A stretch of 63,484 nt of DNA, counting the filler, from Dugesia japonica (lineage: Eukaryota), in assembly GCA_001938525.1 (NCBI GenBank). It is 6 parts of 6 records of this genome, joined end to end, with 100 filler letters (N's around TTAATTAATTAA, not from the genome) between each part and the next. Parts side by side here need not be neighbours in the genome. Positions count along the whole stretch, not along the records: positions 11,428 to 24,434 come from MQRL01589327.1; positions 24,535 to 36,012 come from MQRL01533496.1; 4 more parts are not named here. The stretch is one strand, 5' to 3'. Shown piece by piece: positions 12,219-24,957 of this stretch. Made by a program: the position numbers and the translations under genes. The notes under the pieces were generated by a model. It made no database searches and was not told the DNA's origin. It saw only the letters and a program-made list of their open reading frames with translations. The first letter of the stretch is position 1. Every line of letters begins with the position of its first letter.

Positions 12219-14779
12219 GTTTACAATTTGATACTGTGTTTTCTAGCATAATAAAATATAATTATAATTATTTTTTATTATATTAGAAAACCCAGTATAG
12301 AATTGTCAACGTATTTATCGGGTGCAATTTTATCTATTTAAAAGTATTTCAATAATTTTTATAGTAAAAAATTGAAATTATAAATTTAGTATTAACCGCA
12401 TGTACTTGCATAGGATCAAAATGACTCGAGTCGTTGTCTTCTAATCTTTATCTCAGATAGTTGATATTTCAAAGTAAGATCAAATCTCTTTCTAATCTTC
12501 TAATATAACAAAAGCTAATAGTCACTAGTTGATCTCTATCTATTGTACACATAACTGTCTGTGACTGATTTGATTTCCTTTTTAATTTCCTTTCCATAAC
12601 TTGAGTACTTTTGGGTTAAATAAATTAATTAAATTTATATTGAAATATTGTTAAACTTATAAAATTCACTTAAATGAAACCTCTATCAAATGTTTATTTA
12701 TAAAATAAAAGTATGTGATAATAGAATTATAAATAATTTATTAATAAAAATTTGTTCATCAAATTCAAATGGAAGTTTGATAAATAAATATTTAATAAGA
12801 TTTATCGTATGGAAATTATAATTTACATTTAATTTAATTATAATTTACATTTACATTTGATAAGTCAATTAATTTTGCTTATATATTCCAATTAAATTTG
12901 TTGGGTTAGAACGTGACCAAAATTGAATTTAAAAGTTTTGCGCAAAATAAAGTTTTTTAGTATTAACTGTATGTACTTGTATCGGATCAAAATGACTCGA
13001 GTCGTTGTCTCCTAATATTAAGTATATTAAAATTATATTGTAATTTGTAAAATTATCAAATTTCTGATTTTCAACAAAATATATTTTTTATTATATTTTT
13101 AAATTTTACTTTATTTATTAAAATTTAAAATAAACTGAATTAATGTAATTTTTTCAAAAGGATGATATTTTTTATTTTTTGTTTGGAATATAAATTTTTC
13201 AATTTTTTTGGAAAAAACAAATTTACATTCATAGTTTTTGTTTTGTAAATAAATGTTTTATAGAAGGTAATTTTTTCAATTCTTCGATGAGTTCTCCAAA
13301 CTCATCTAGCAATCACAACATGATTAGTCTCTAGAAATAAGTTTTCCGACAGACGTAAAAAGAACAATCACGTAAATATTGCAAGACTAATTATTATAAA
13401 TATTGAACAAGGAATGTGAATATGGCGTATATTTAAACCCAGTAAGACATTTAACATGAGTGATGAGGATACAACCTCTTGAAACCGACAGAAGTTGAGT
13501 ACCACGAGAAGAATCCGAATCAAAGGAGAACTTAACATGTACTCTATAGGAGCTAGTTACTAGATGTCATATGAAAACTAGNACTGGGAACTTAGTTAAA
13601 TGCATAGTGGTGTACACAATATGTACCTGGTAGTACTGAGATCAATACTAAAAGATAAAGGCAATTCGAAGTGCATGATGAACCCATAGGAACCCAACAA
13701 ATTTATATCGACCTGGGTTTTATAAATACTCACCTTTCTTTACATGAATCGGAATCAGGCATGATAATATATTTATCAAAGGAAATCTTGTTTAACTATT
13801 TGATTTTATAAAACCTAACAAATTTAGTTATAATTAAATCATTAATTTAAATTAATAAATAAAATTTTTAATAAGAATAAGTTGATATGCTCAATATTAA
13901 TTTTCTTAAAGGTATTTAATGCTTTCTTTATAAATTTTGCTAATAAATTATCTTCTTTTATTTTTAATTTAGTTGTATTCTATTCCTCCTTGTTTGTTGC
14001 CACAAATGCCAGCGTTTGGTACACAAAACTTTCCTAGATTTATTAATAGTTCTGTAAATTTTTGTAATAGTGGTAGTTACTTTAACTATAATAATATTAA
14101 TATTGGTAACTATAACAATTATCGTCGAAATAGTGAGCATGATGAGTGAAATTTCCTAATTTAGTAAAAAGCTTGCTGTTGAATGCTTTTGTTAACATTT
14201 TTGTCTGAAGTGATTGTTTTGCTGTTCATATTTTTTTTGTTCTCGTGTGACGGTTTATTTCAGTTACGAATTTTCAACGTAACGATAGGCATTCAATCCC
14301 GTACTGTCAGTGTAATTCTGGTACGTTTCAACATTAATTTATTGAATATTTAATTATAAAAAAATATTAAACATAAAAATTAATATTGTGAAACAATTTT
14401 CGATATAACCGCGGATGTAATTATTAAAATATTTTTATTTAAGTTTACAAAACATAGCCTTATGTACTAAAAGTTATAATTAAAGAAAAGCTTAGATCCG
14501 AAGTCGAAAATCTATGTTTCCTGGATTACTAATTGACCCACTTGAGCTCTTCAATTAAAATATTTATAAAAATAAGTTATAGAACACAAACAACAAACGA
14601 ATAATTTGAGAAAATATATAAATAATAAGATTAGCATTACACAATTAAGTGAAAGAATTATTTAAGTTAAATAATTTATAGGAGTATTTCCAAAATGCCC
14701 TCAAAATCAAAATAATTCCAAAATGCCCTCTAATTAAAAATATTTGTTTTGAATAAATATTAATAAATAATTTTACAAG

Positions 14780-15431
14780 ATGGTCTATCAACTATTGACA
14801 GCAACAAATAAACAAGATGAAGAGTCAATAACTTGTGTATTGAAAGATAACTGGATATTAAAAGTAGGAGCTCCGAGATATATTCATACAAATTGTGGTA
14901 AAGTATTTGAATCACAAAGAATGAAGAAATTTGCAGATGAGATGAATATTAAGCTATGTTTCTCAAGTCCTTATCACTATAATACGAATGGAGAGGTAGA
15001 AAGACGATTTCGGACCATTTAAGACTGGATTAGGGCATTAATAGGAGACAGAAACGCAAAGAATTGTGCAAAAATTCTACCAGAGATTGANTTTGCAATG
15101 AATGCAACGGTACAGAAAACAGCAGGTAAAGCCCGGCAGAAACTGTGTTTGGTAGAAAAATCAGCCGAGAAAGGTGGTTTCCACCTAGACAACTAGAGTT
15201 CGAGAAGGTAGACAATATACCGAAGGTTACGAACCCAACCAGGAGAACATTCGCTTTTGGAGATGCAGTGCTTATCAAGTAGGAAACCAGAAATAAGGAT
15301 CAGGATCGTTTTGTAGGTCCATTCTTAGTAGTAAAAACGATACAAGATCGAAGATATCTGGTTCGAGATGATCTGGGCAGACAATGGAAATAAATGTTGA
15401 AAAGATCAGAAGATTTCTTATAGGAGGGGGA
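14780..15431 (+). mobile_element. Ty3/Gypsy integrase remnant with polypurine tract
   Basis: WILKVGAPRYIHTNCGKVFES..SSPYHYNTNGEVERRFRTI (rve core), then after a stop and frameshifts PAETVFG and RFVGPFLVV (GPY/F motif). PPT AGGAGGGGGA at 15422-15431. Confidence 0.88.
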
Positions 15432-15704
15432 TGTGAGAATGATATTTGAATTGTTTAATTTCAAATTTATATGCGCAATCAAAATATTTATAAAATTTGT
15501 GAAATTTAAAATATTTCAAAAAAATAATTAAAATAATTATTGCGCATATTTGTTTGAATATTAAAACTTTTCTATTTCAGATTTTCAATTCATAGTAACT
15601 TTGTTTTAAATAAATGTTTGATGAGGATAGCGTTTTTCTTGTTAATAGGTCTAATTCACAAAATATTCATCAGAAAGCAAAATGATAAAATACTATAACT
15701 ATCA
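15432..15704 (+). repeat. Putative 3' LTR of the Gypsy element
   Basis: TG start directly after the PPT. The right boundary (..CA) is a guess because no second LTR is available for comparison. Confidence 0.45.
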
Positions 15705-17007
15705 CCCTAGACAAAACTTCTGAAACTTAAGATTATTTTGTAATTTCTAATTAAACATTTTGCTGTGTATTTTTTATGTTTTGTTTTTGTCTTGAAGTAA
15801 ATTCAAAATTTGTATAAGTAAAAATTTCTATATTAATGTGTTATAATTAGGAATTATTTAAATTAAGAATTTGATTGATTAATTAAAACATTGAGCAGCT
15901 GGANNNNNNNNNNNNNNGAAAATTTATTGTAATAATTGTTTATAAATAAAAAAAGTAATGTCAGTAGGCTCTAGAGAAACAAAAAAAGAAGAATGATATC
16001 AAGCATAACACATTGAAGGCAACTCAAAAGTTTGAAAATAATAAAACTATTAATGATTCCGAAATCGCAAGCAAAATTATTAATTTACATTTATAACACT
16101 CCAAAAAAATATTTATAAAGTTATAATCTATAATGATAATAATATAAACAATACAATGAAAAAAATATGAGCTTGGATTCAATTTAAAAATTTAAATATT
16201 TTTATTTATATTTTTTGTATGAAAAAATAATTAAACTATTTTTGTTTTAAAAAAAACTATGGATGTATTAAAAAATGATAAAAGTCTTATATTCTACGGC
16301 GAGCATCTCTGACCCGCCTAACAATTATTGTGATAGTAAATTTCGCAATTACAACAGAATGAGTAACCATTTTGTATTATTAAAATATTAATATTATATT
16401 ATTTTATATCAAATAAATAATAATGTTAAAATAGAATTTCTAAACTTGCAGTCGACAAGTAGATACAAAAAAATGTCAGTTATTCAAGCGGTTATAAAGG
16501 ATCAAATAATCAAGCCATTGATCAATGTAGATGGATAATAAAATAAATGTAAAAATAAAGTCTCATACTCTCTTTACACTCGAATGAGAATAAAATATTT
16601 GAAATTGGAATGAAAATATAAATTATAAACAATTTCTCAAATTCAAATAAATTGTTGGAACAAAACAGTAGGTGCATGGTGTGAAAACCTACAAACAATT
16701 AACCAGCTGAAAATTAATAATTCCGTTAGATTGAAAATGAAATAAAAACAGAAAGAAAGTCAAAGTGAAAATTAATTATTAAAAATATAAAATAGCAAAT
16801 TGTTAAACCAGATTAATTAAGTTGATTTATTGAAGCTGATAATTTTTGCGACTTGTGATTAAATTTAAAAATAAATGGTTGTGATCTATAAAGTGACTTG
16901 ATCTCGGAAGAGTATCTCATAGTTTATGTATAAAAATTGGCTGATTTTACATATATTAATAAAAATCATCTACCAAATAATGGATATTTAGTTTTAATTT
17001 GTGTATT

Positions 17008-17096
17008 CATTTAAATATAAAAACTTCGATCAAATTTTTTTTTTGTTTTTGATAATAATTCTAATTTTCGACATTGTCTTCGTCAGGAATTGACTA
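17008..17096 (-). mobile_element. Hammerhead-bearing short retroposon, subfamily A (89 bp)
   Basis: 16-bp TSD ttttaatttgtgtatt (16992-17007 and 17097-17112); homologous to the 11-kb copies. Confidence 0.85.
17057..17091 (-). ncRNA. Minimal type I hammerhead ribozyme motif, intact core
   Basis: Reverse complement aattc-CTGACGA-A-GAC-aat-GTC-GAAA-at-TA-gaatt: helix I 5 bp, helix II 3 bp, palindromic helix III AAUU, UUA cleavage triplet. Confidence 0.8.
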
Positions 17097-17189
17097 TTTT
17101 AATTTGTGTATTTGGAACAGCCAAACGAAGAATTTTCACAACGGTTTTTAACAAAANCAGTTTTCAAACAGAAAATCAATTTAAACTTT

Positions 17190-17420
17190 CAAATTGACAT
17201 AATTATATATCAAATTCCAACAAAACGATTTCTCCGGTACATAATGTATTACTAAGAAATTGCTGTCACACTTTACCAATTGAAAGAAGTTTCTCAATGT
17301 TTAAAAAATGCTTAATTATGATGGAACTTTTGGTCGAAAAAATATCTTTTGTTACTTTTCGCATTTTGATTATTCTAAAGTAGAAACACTAAATCATAAT
17401 GATGACAGCTTAAGTGAATG
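17190..17420 (+). pseudogene. hAT-related transposase C-terminal remnant
   Basis: ISPVHNVLLRNCCHTLPIERSFSMFKK resembles the hAT ERSFS dimerisation motif; frameshifted. Confidence 0.45.
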
Positions 17421-19351
17421 AATTTGTTTTTATTTCATAGTTTTATTTGGTTTTTATGAATCCAAAATTTTTGCAAAATTTGTTAAACTTAAATGTAAAT
17501 TTTATTAGATATCATTAATAATTTGTGTTGAAAGAAAATAATTTACAAACGGATTATAATGAAATTTCTAAAATGTCAGCGAATAACTAAAATCGTTCAC
17601 ACATCGTAAATCTTAAGTCGAAATTCTAAATTTATTATTAGAAATTTAAATTTTTTTCCAAACTAGTAATTTGATTAGATGTTAAATTTTGGTATCCTAT
17701 CAAAAATAAAGCGACCATAAAAAGGTGAATTAAAATAAATATTTTATCAAGAAAAAAGAATAAACGTTTTAATCCAGACATATTTTATCTGCGACCTATT
17801 TAAATCAATTTTAATTTTAGTTGTGACTACACATAGCCGATTAATCTAAGATAATTATAGTCGGAAGCGCACATAGTATATTATAGAAAACATTAGAGAA
17901 GTGGCAGAAAATTACATTCGGAACCATAAGTTAAGCATCCCTGATCTAAACGAAGGAAATATCAGAAGATAGTTAATTACAACAAATTTCAAATTGCGCC
18001 TTTTGTAGATAGTGATACCGAAATTTCAACTTTTTGTCAAAATNNNNNNNNNNNNNNNNNNNNNNNNNNNNNNNNNNNNNNNNNNNNNNNNNNNNNNNNN
18101 NNNNNNNNNNNNNNNNNNNNNNNNNNNNNNNNNNNNNNNNNNNNNNNNNNNNNNNNNNNNNNNNNNNNNNNNNNNNNNNNNNNNNNNNNNNNNNNNNNNN
18201 NNNNNNNNNNNNNNNNNNNNNNNNNNNNNNNAAATCATTTTGTGTATACACTTCTCAAAGAGTCACGAATGGCATTAATAAGACTACGCGTGAAATAAAT
18301 GATTAAATTATGGATTGTATGGGTGATAAAGGTATCCTAAATGTAGTGAATTAATGTTTACGATTTATTTATCTCAAAAATAAAACTTAAGTTTTAATTT
18401 TTTATGGCATATAATAATTATTTATATAAACATCAGTATATCATAAATTATAAATGCAAAAATATTCTTTCGCTTAACATAGATATGATCAAACTATTCC
18501 TTAGTATTCTAATACATACTATCCATTTTTCTGATGCTAAGTCATTTTCATGAATTGTTAATTTGATGAATTCTTACAATATTGAATTTTGTTGAATTCA
18601 TTATTATTATTAAGAATCTTATACTAATCGTAATTAGTTAATATGTTATTGCTTTTACAGTACTGATATTCATGTAAATTACTTTGGTAAATAAAATTAG
18701 GTCGAACCAAGTTACATATTTACAATAAATATTTTTTGTTAAGTTCTCTATTTATATGACCTTTCATATTGACCATTTTATTTGCATATTTTGATGAATG
18801 ATTGTCATTTAATATTCTAGAACTACATGGAATGATATTCAAATTTGTTCAATTATNNNNNNNNNNNNNNNNNNNNNNNNNNNNNNNNNNNNNNNNNNNN
18901 NNNNNNNNNNNNNNNNNNNNNNNNATTGGATTTTAGATACTTTAATAACTTTAATTATGAATGATATTCACTATTATAATAATTTCCAAAATGATTAATG
19001 AACTTCATCATTATTCTCATCAATTTTTGTATAAAAATAAAGTATATTCTTTTTAAATTTTCTATTAAAGGTTTTATCAATAATCTCTGTTAGAAATAAA
19101 CATTAATTTAATAAGATTACTGATATAGGGTATCGTATTTATGGCTATCCGTTAAATTAGTATAAATAAATAATAGAAATAATAATTAGTTAATATTGAA
19201 AATAAGAATTTAAATTAATGTGAAATTTGTTTCTTTAAGTAAAAAAAAATATTTCTTGAAAAGAAATTATCAAAAATTTCTAATAAAAAATTAAAAGGGT
19301 ACTTGAATGTATACTTTTTATTTGTTTAAAAGTTTCTATATTATTATTATT

Positions 19352-19462
19352 ATTCATTAAAATAAAAGCTTCGATCAAAATTTGATCTTAGCTTTTATTT
19401 CAATGAATTCTGATAAACGATCAATGGTTACGTCCAACAATTATTCTCGCAATAATTGCAAT
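19352..19462. mobile_element. Truncated inverted copy of the hammerhead retroposon family (ribozyme part absent)
   Basis: attcattaaaataaaagcttcgatcaaaa is joined to its inverse tttgatcttagcttttatttcaatgaatt plus the tail ctgataaacgatcaatggttacgtccaacaattattctcgcaataattgcaat. Inserted in a (TTA)n tract. Confidence 0.75.
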
Positions 19463-19959
19463 TATATTATTATTATTAAGATTGTTGTTGCAATAACTTA
19501 AGGAGAATAATAGAGTAAAATAATANTAATAAAATAATAATAATANAAAGAAAGAAATAACTTACTGAAGAGTTGCTACTCAATCCTTATATATCATTAT
19601 GAAATCAACAGATCATTAATATGGTTGACATTAGCAAACAAACAGTCTTTTTCTAATCGATGTTCATAGATCAAATAAAGAGAATGGGTACTATTTAAAT
19701 TGTAGTGCTAATAAGAATTATGTAATCAAAATGCAAATAAAATAATAATTTTAAAAACATTTAATTTAATAGTAGTAACTAAATATTAATTAGAAATGAA
19801 TAAGGCTCAAAATGAATATTACACAAACAGAATTACTAATATCATGGTATTGAACCAATTTAACCATGGAAATAAATTATTTCAGTAATATTTCAATAAC
19901 CCCTAATAAATGAGTTCAAGTTTATATTTATCAGATATCGATATATAATTTAAATATTA

Positions 19960-20460
19960 ATATGACCTTTTTGTTAATTCATTTCTAAATGTTACAGAGA
20001 TTGTATCTGTAAGAGTGATTCATAGATTTTAAAGATCTGGGAAATTTAGTTTGGTATATATTATATTATATTATATTATATTAAAATTTATTTTTTGAAA
20101 CATTCAAATATTAATGTAAAAAAGTAAAAACAGATTNTTAAAATATAAAANATTTTTTANAAGNAAATTAATTTAACTAATATCTATATATTAAATTAGG
20201 CTAAATTATAAAAGTATAAAATTATTTTAAGAAATTATGTTGAAAAATATATCTAAAGTAAAAAGATTTTGTAAAATTGAAATCGATATTTTTAAAATAT
20301 TTTATTGAAAAATTGAAATTAAATTTCTCAGATTATTTGTTTGAATATTGTGGATTATTCTTCATCTTTTTTACTTTAATCAAAAAACTTATGATAATAA
20401 ATAAAAACTTATGGAGAGTTGTGAAGTTTGGAATTTAACTAATAGTATCAATATCAAAAG
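19960..20460 (+). repeat. Unclassified AT-rich interspersed repeat; inverted homologue at about 31850-32390
   Basis: acttatggagagttgtga..aatttaactaatagta and gattcatagattttaaagatctgggaaatt match the reverse complement of blocks near 31860-31900 and 32205-32235. Boundaries approximate. Confidence 0.55.
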
Positions 20461-20636
20461 ATAATTATTGACTAGTATCAGAAGAAAGAGCTATGATGGC
20501 ATGCCAACTTTCAAATTTACTTGACAGTAAACGTAAAATGATACTTTTAAAAAGTCAAACATTTCAATGAAATGAGAAATTTAAGTCTTCCAGTAACTTA
20601 TTAATTCCTTAATTCTATGTTAGCTTGGTTTTATAC

Positions 20637-20955
20637 CAGTGATGCACAACCCGCAGTCTGGAATTATGTTGCATGCTGCCTACGACCCAAGTCCGTGAAA
20701 ATTCCAAAATGTATTTTTTTTATAGAAATATAATTCTATACAACCAATATTTCATGGATTCACAACGATCTCCTCCAAAATACTAGCTGCAAAATGACAC
20801 TTTAACAGTGCTATATTTCATTTTCGAAGTTATATAGTATTTATAATATTAGTGATGATATTATGAATATAATATTATATTTATATGATATTGCAACCCG
20901 CAATTTTTGCCTGCATGATGATGTGGCCCGTCTACTGAAAGATTGTGCTCCACTA
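20637..20955. mobile_element. hAT Charlie/Buster-type MITE
   Basis: CAGTGATGCACAACCCGC... and ...GATTGTGCTCCACTA termini; 8-bp TSD ttttatac/ttttaaac. Confidence 0.75.
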
Positions 20956-21614
20956 TTTTAAACATCTCAACTATGCCTAATTATTTACTTTTATATTATT
21001 GTGCACAAGATTTTCTTGATTTCTTACTTCTGGATATTCTATTTTAATTAATCAGATTAATCGTAGACCTAATACTNATTGCCAAGAAAGGTTTACTNTC
21101 GCTGGATTAAACGGTCAAATTTGNTATGTGTTTTGCATCAAAGTTAAGAAAATTTTTATTAAATCGCGTATTTTTTTTAAGTAAACGTACATATTAATTC
21201 ATTTTGTGTAAGATTTAATACACAGTATGTCTTAAAATGAGTGACATAACCAAACTTAAATTTTGAAATAAAGTTTAATAAGAAATAAATTTTGTGTGTG
21301 TAATTTTTAATAAAAATAATGAATTAAGTATTAATTAATGAATTTTTATATAAATCAACTGGTACGTTTCTATATGTTTTATTCGTTGGCAATCGGTTAT
21401 ATTTTGCTTTTATTGTTTTTTAGACTCATTTTGTCATTAAATTTTTTACTATAGTCTTTATTTTGGTTCCTTAATAGCCAAACTATAATTCCAGTTAGCA
21501 AACAAAATAAGTTGTTGTTTATCAAAAGAATTCATTATTAATAGGTTTGGTCTGCATTTTTTATTTTATTAAAATTACCCAACTCATTAAAAAATACACA
21601 CAATCACATATGGA

Positions 21615-22170
21615 GTCTAAAAGCTTGGAACTTTGAAGTTCAAGCTTGGCTCGAGCTTTATTGAAACATAATTATAGAACTTGTAATTAAATTAATAAAA
21701 GTAGAAAACNNNNNNNNNNNNNNNNNNNNNNNNNNNNNNNNNNNNNNNNNNNNNNNNNNAGAAATACCAGATGACTAAGTGATTTGTCGGAAAGACTCGA
21801 ACGAATTTTTGTGAAATATTTTGATGCAAAAGAGAAAGCTCTCTCAGCTTCGATCGATGTGGGCTTGATTGTGTTGACTGCCTTGCAAAGTTGATTGAGA
21901 TTTTAAGTTCGGTTTCGGGTGTTTTTAAAAATGGTGAACTCTTGTCTCAACTTTGAAAAGTTTTCGCAATATTGGTTAACTTCTGTTATATCATTAACTT
22001 AGTTCTTTATACAATGTGAAAGTAGTTATTTGCTCGACCACTATCTCAGGCTCTTCTCTTCCGTTGCTTCCGCTATAAAGATAAAGTCAAAAAAAATAAA
22101 GATAAATAAAGATAAAAAAATTTGTAGCAAATTCCAAGCTAGCTTTCGAAGCGTGACCCGATATTTGTTC
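21615..22170 (-). mobile_element. Deleted hAT element with C-terminal dimerisation domain
   Basis: Reverse translation of 21760-21970: NFSKLRQEFTIFKNTRNRT*NLNQLCKAVNTIKPTSIEAERAFSFASKYFTKIRSSLSDKSLSHLVF. AAGCTT/CTCGAG-type subterminal motifs near both ends. Confidence 0.8.
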
Positions 22171-22179
22171 GATAGACAA

Positions 22180-22830
22180 ATGAGCGCCGACAAAATCGCG
22201 TCAATAAAATCGCCACGACAAAGTCGAGACGTTAAAATTGCGACGACAGGTAAAAATAAATGAAAACTTTTATAATAGTCTAATGCCTGTTATGTCCGGC
22301 AGTTTAAAGTTGCAGCATTTATTAATTATAATACAAACATCTTATAAATTTTTGATTAGTATTTTACACTTGATTATTCAAAAAATGGCTTGGTATATAA
22401 ATGGGCAAATCAATAAAATAAAAAAGAAATGCATTATTAATTGTCATACTTTGAATGTTCTTTTTGAATCTTTTTTTCCTAATTCTGGTTTATTGCAACT
22501 AAGAAAAAATTCGCCTAGTTTCTTCGGCTTATTTCTTCAATTAGTTTCTTCTTACTGTATTATAGCCTAACACTAAAATGTACTTAATGCGCACATGCGC
22601 TTGCCACTCTCTTGGCATATACTGTTAGGCCTTCCGTAGTCCGACAGCTGGAGTTTTTCCGACCGGTGGTTATTAACAATATGCCATATAGTACATGTTA
22701 GTGGGTCGATGCAGTCACNNNNNNNNNNNNNNNNNNNNNNNNNNNNNNNNNNNNNNNNNNGCTATTATAGTAAACTAGTGAGTGAACTTGCCAGCCCTCA
22801 TTTATCCGTCGCGGTTTTTTCGATGAACCA
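22180..22830. mobile_element. Possible DNA transposon with short repetitive subterminal motifs (Mutator/Kolobok-like)
   Basis: Array of (c)gacaaaatcgcg-like units at 22186-22250 and a complementary ccgtcgcggttttttcg at about 22806-22822. Confidence 0.35.
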
Positions 22831-22899
22831 TTTCGAAGATAAATGTACAGAATTGTTCAAGGTTACAAGCAACGTTTTACTGATAGGATTATATTTTCT

Positions 22900-23450
22900 C
22901 ATTGTACAGATAACATTTTTTGTGAATTTTCTTTGTTATTCGATAATGGCCTTCAAATCTGTCTTGACTTTTATTTCTTGTTCCTGCCTTGATGAGGACA
23001 AAATCGCCTACTTTGAATTCTCTATTAGTAGTCACTTTGGAATTTTTTTCTTTAGTTCTTTCTTAAACTTCTGATTCGTGCCACTTTAGCTGCTAATTTT
23101 CTTTCCAGATAGGAGCTCAGCTGAGCTCTTTCCAATCGTCTTCTACTTTGCTTGGTTTATCTTAAAGTCTATTTATAGTAATGTCGGTCCAGTCTGTTGT
23201 CCTACCCTCCTGAAGTATGGCATTAACTAAATCTCGAATTGTCCTAAACTGTCTTTCAAATTTGTCCATTTTCTCTGTGAGGATAAGAACACGAAAAGCA
23301 AAGTTTAATATTTAGCTTCTATTCAAACTCTTTCAAAACTCTTGTTTCAAAGGCTTTTCCACAATCTAGTCTTATCTCTCTTGAGCATCCAAATCTCAAT
23401 ATTCACTTCTCAGAAATAGATTTTTCGCATTGTTTCTTTGTCTTATCTAA
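22900..23450 (-). pseudogene. Ty3/Gypsy integrase remnant (same clade as 14780-15431)
   Basis: Reverse translation ILRFGCSREIRLDCGKAFETRVLKEF..NIKLCFSCSYPHRENGQ..ERQFRTIRDLVNA..TNREFKVGDFVLIKAGTRNKSQDRFEGHY, with stops and frameshifts. Confidence 0.85.
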
Positions 23451-23543
23451 ANNNNNNNNNNNNNNNNNNNNNNNNNNNNNNNNNNNNNNNNNNNNNNNNN
23501 NACAATTGAAGCAGAGCAGAAAACAAATATTTCGTACCATAAA

Positions 23544-24434
23544 TTGCAAGGCAAACCAATTCAAGGAAATAAGGTTGAATGTTTATTAGATACAGGTGCT
23601 AGAATTAACGTTATGAGTTTGAGTTGTTTTAATAAATTACGAGAAATGCATTTAGAAATGAGTGATAAAAGATTACGTTGTGCAAATAATATTACACTTG
23701 AAATTGTTGGAAAAATTAGAATTGGAGTGATAATTGATGAAGTTTGCAAAGAGATTACTTTCTTAGTTTCTGAAAGATCGACAACAGATCTGATAGGAGG
23801 AATAGATATGCAGAAGATTTTGGGAGAAAAATGCAAAAAGGAGAGCGATTGACAAAAGCCTTAAATATTTTGAAGATTAAAGAGGATCAACGGTTATTGA
23901 AAATAATTNNNNNNNNNNNNNNNNNNNNNNNNNNNNNNNNNNNNNNNNNNNNNNNNNNGGTTATTGAAAATAATTGAAAGTAAAGAAGATGCTTTTATGG
24001 CAGATAATTGGAATGTAGGACGCACACATCTAGCAAGACACAAAATAATTACAAGTGATGAACCAATCAATGTAAAATCGTATAGGCAACCAATGAACTT
24101 AGAATCTAAAATTGCAGAAGCTATCCAAAACCTTTTTGAGAATAATATTATCCGGAAATGCAACTNTCCTTGGAATACCCCATTGATTTGTGTTTGGAAA
24201 AAGGAAAGGAAGGACATAAGAATATGTTTGGATTTCAGACAATTGGATGCTGTAACGAAAATACAAGCCTTTCCGATGCCTAATGTCGATGAAATACTGG
24301 ACAAGTTAGATGGAGCTAAATATTTCAGTTCAATAGACTTGGGAGATGCACTGACAATATTGTTTTAATAGAATGCCATATTGCATCGCAGCGGCACCAG
24401 GAATATTTCAAGAGATGATGACAAAAGTGTTAGG
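23544..24434 (+). pseudogene. Ty3/Gypsy pol fragment: aspartic protease and N-terminal reverse transcriptase
   Basis: CLLDTGARINVM (retropepsin). PWNTPLICVWKK..IRICLDFRQLD..FPMPNVDEILDKLDGAKYFSSIDL, then after a deletion QYCFNRMPYCIAAAPGIFQEMM up to the scaffold end. Confidence 0.92.
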
Positions 24435-24534
24435 NNNNNNNNNNNNNNNNNNNNNNNNNNNNNNNNNNNNNNNNNNNNTTAATTAATTAANNNNNNNNNN
24501 NNNNNNNNNNNNNNNNNNNNNNNNNNNNNNNNNN
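24435..24534. other. Artificial scaffold-joining spacer
   Basis: N44-TTAATTAATTAA-N44. Confidence 0.95.
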
Positions 24535-24571
<37 letters not shown>

Positions 24572-24572
24572 C

Positions 24573-24957
24573 CAGTAGCGTGGCCAGGAATATATGAAGG
24601 GGGGGTTTTAAATTTTTTTATATTTAAATTATTGTTTTTTTTGTTTTTGTTTACCAACATAAAACAACAAAGACGCCAAGTATTAAATAATGAGTTCATT
24701 AGCTGACTCTTTACAGTATGGGGACAACGTATGGGACATCAGAAAAAAATAAATAATTATAGTGTACTNNNNNNNNNNNNNNNNNNNNNNNNNNNNNNNN
24801 NNNNNNNNNNNNNNNNNNTAACATAAAACAACAAAGACGCCAAGTATTAAATAATGACGTCATTAGCTGACTCTACAGTATGGGGACAACGTATGGGACA
24901 TCAGAAAAAAATAAATAATTATAGTGTACTAAGAGTACAGACAAGTGTCACAGTATT
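24573..24957 (+). mobile_element. Terminus of a non-autonomous DNA element; inverted homologue at about 34730-34910
   Basis: CAGTAGCGTGGCCAGGAA..GGGGGGG terminus. Block gccaagtattaaataatgacgtcatta..gacaacgtatgggacatcag is the reverse complement of about 34770-34840. Confidence 0.6.

Noticed and set aside
19560-19695. Minus-strand exon-like segment with good splice signals
   Set aside because: Stops in all three frames; no recognisable product.
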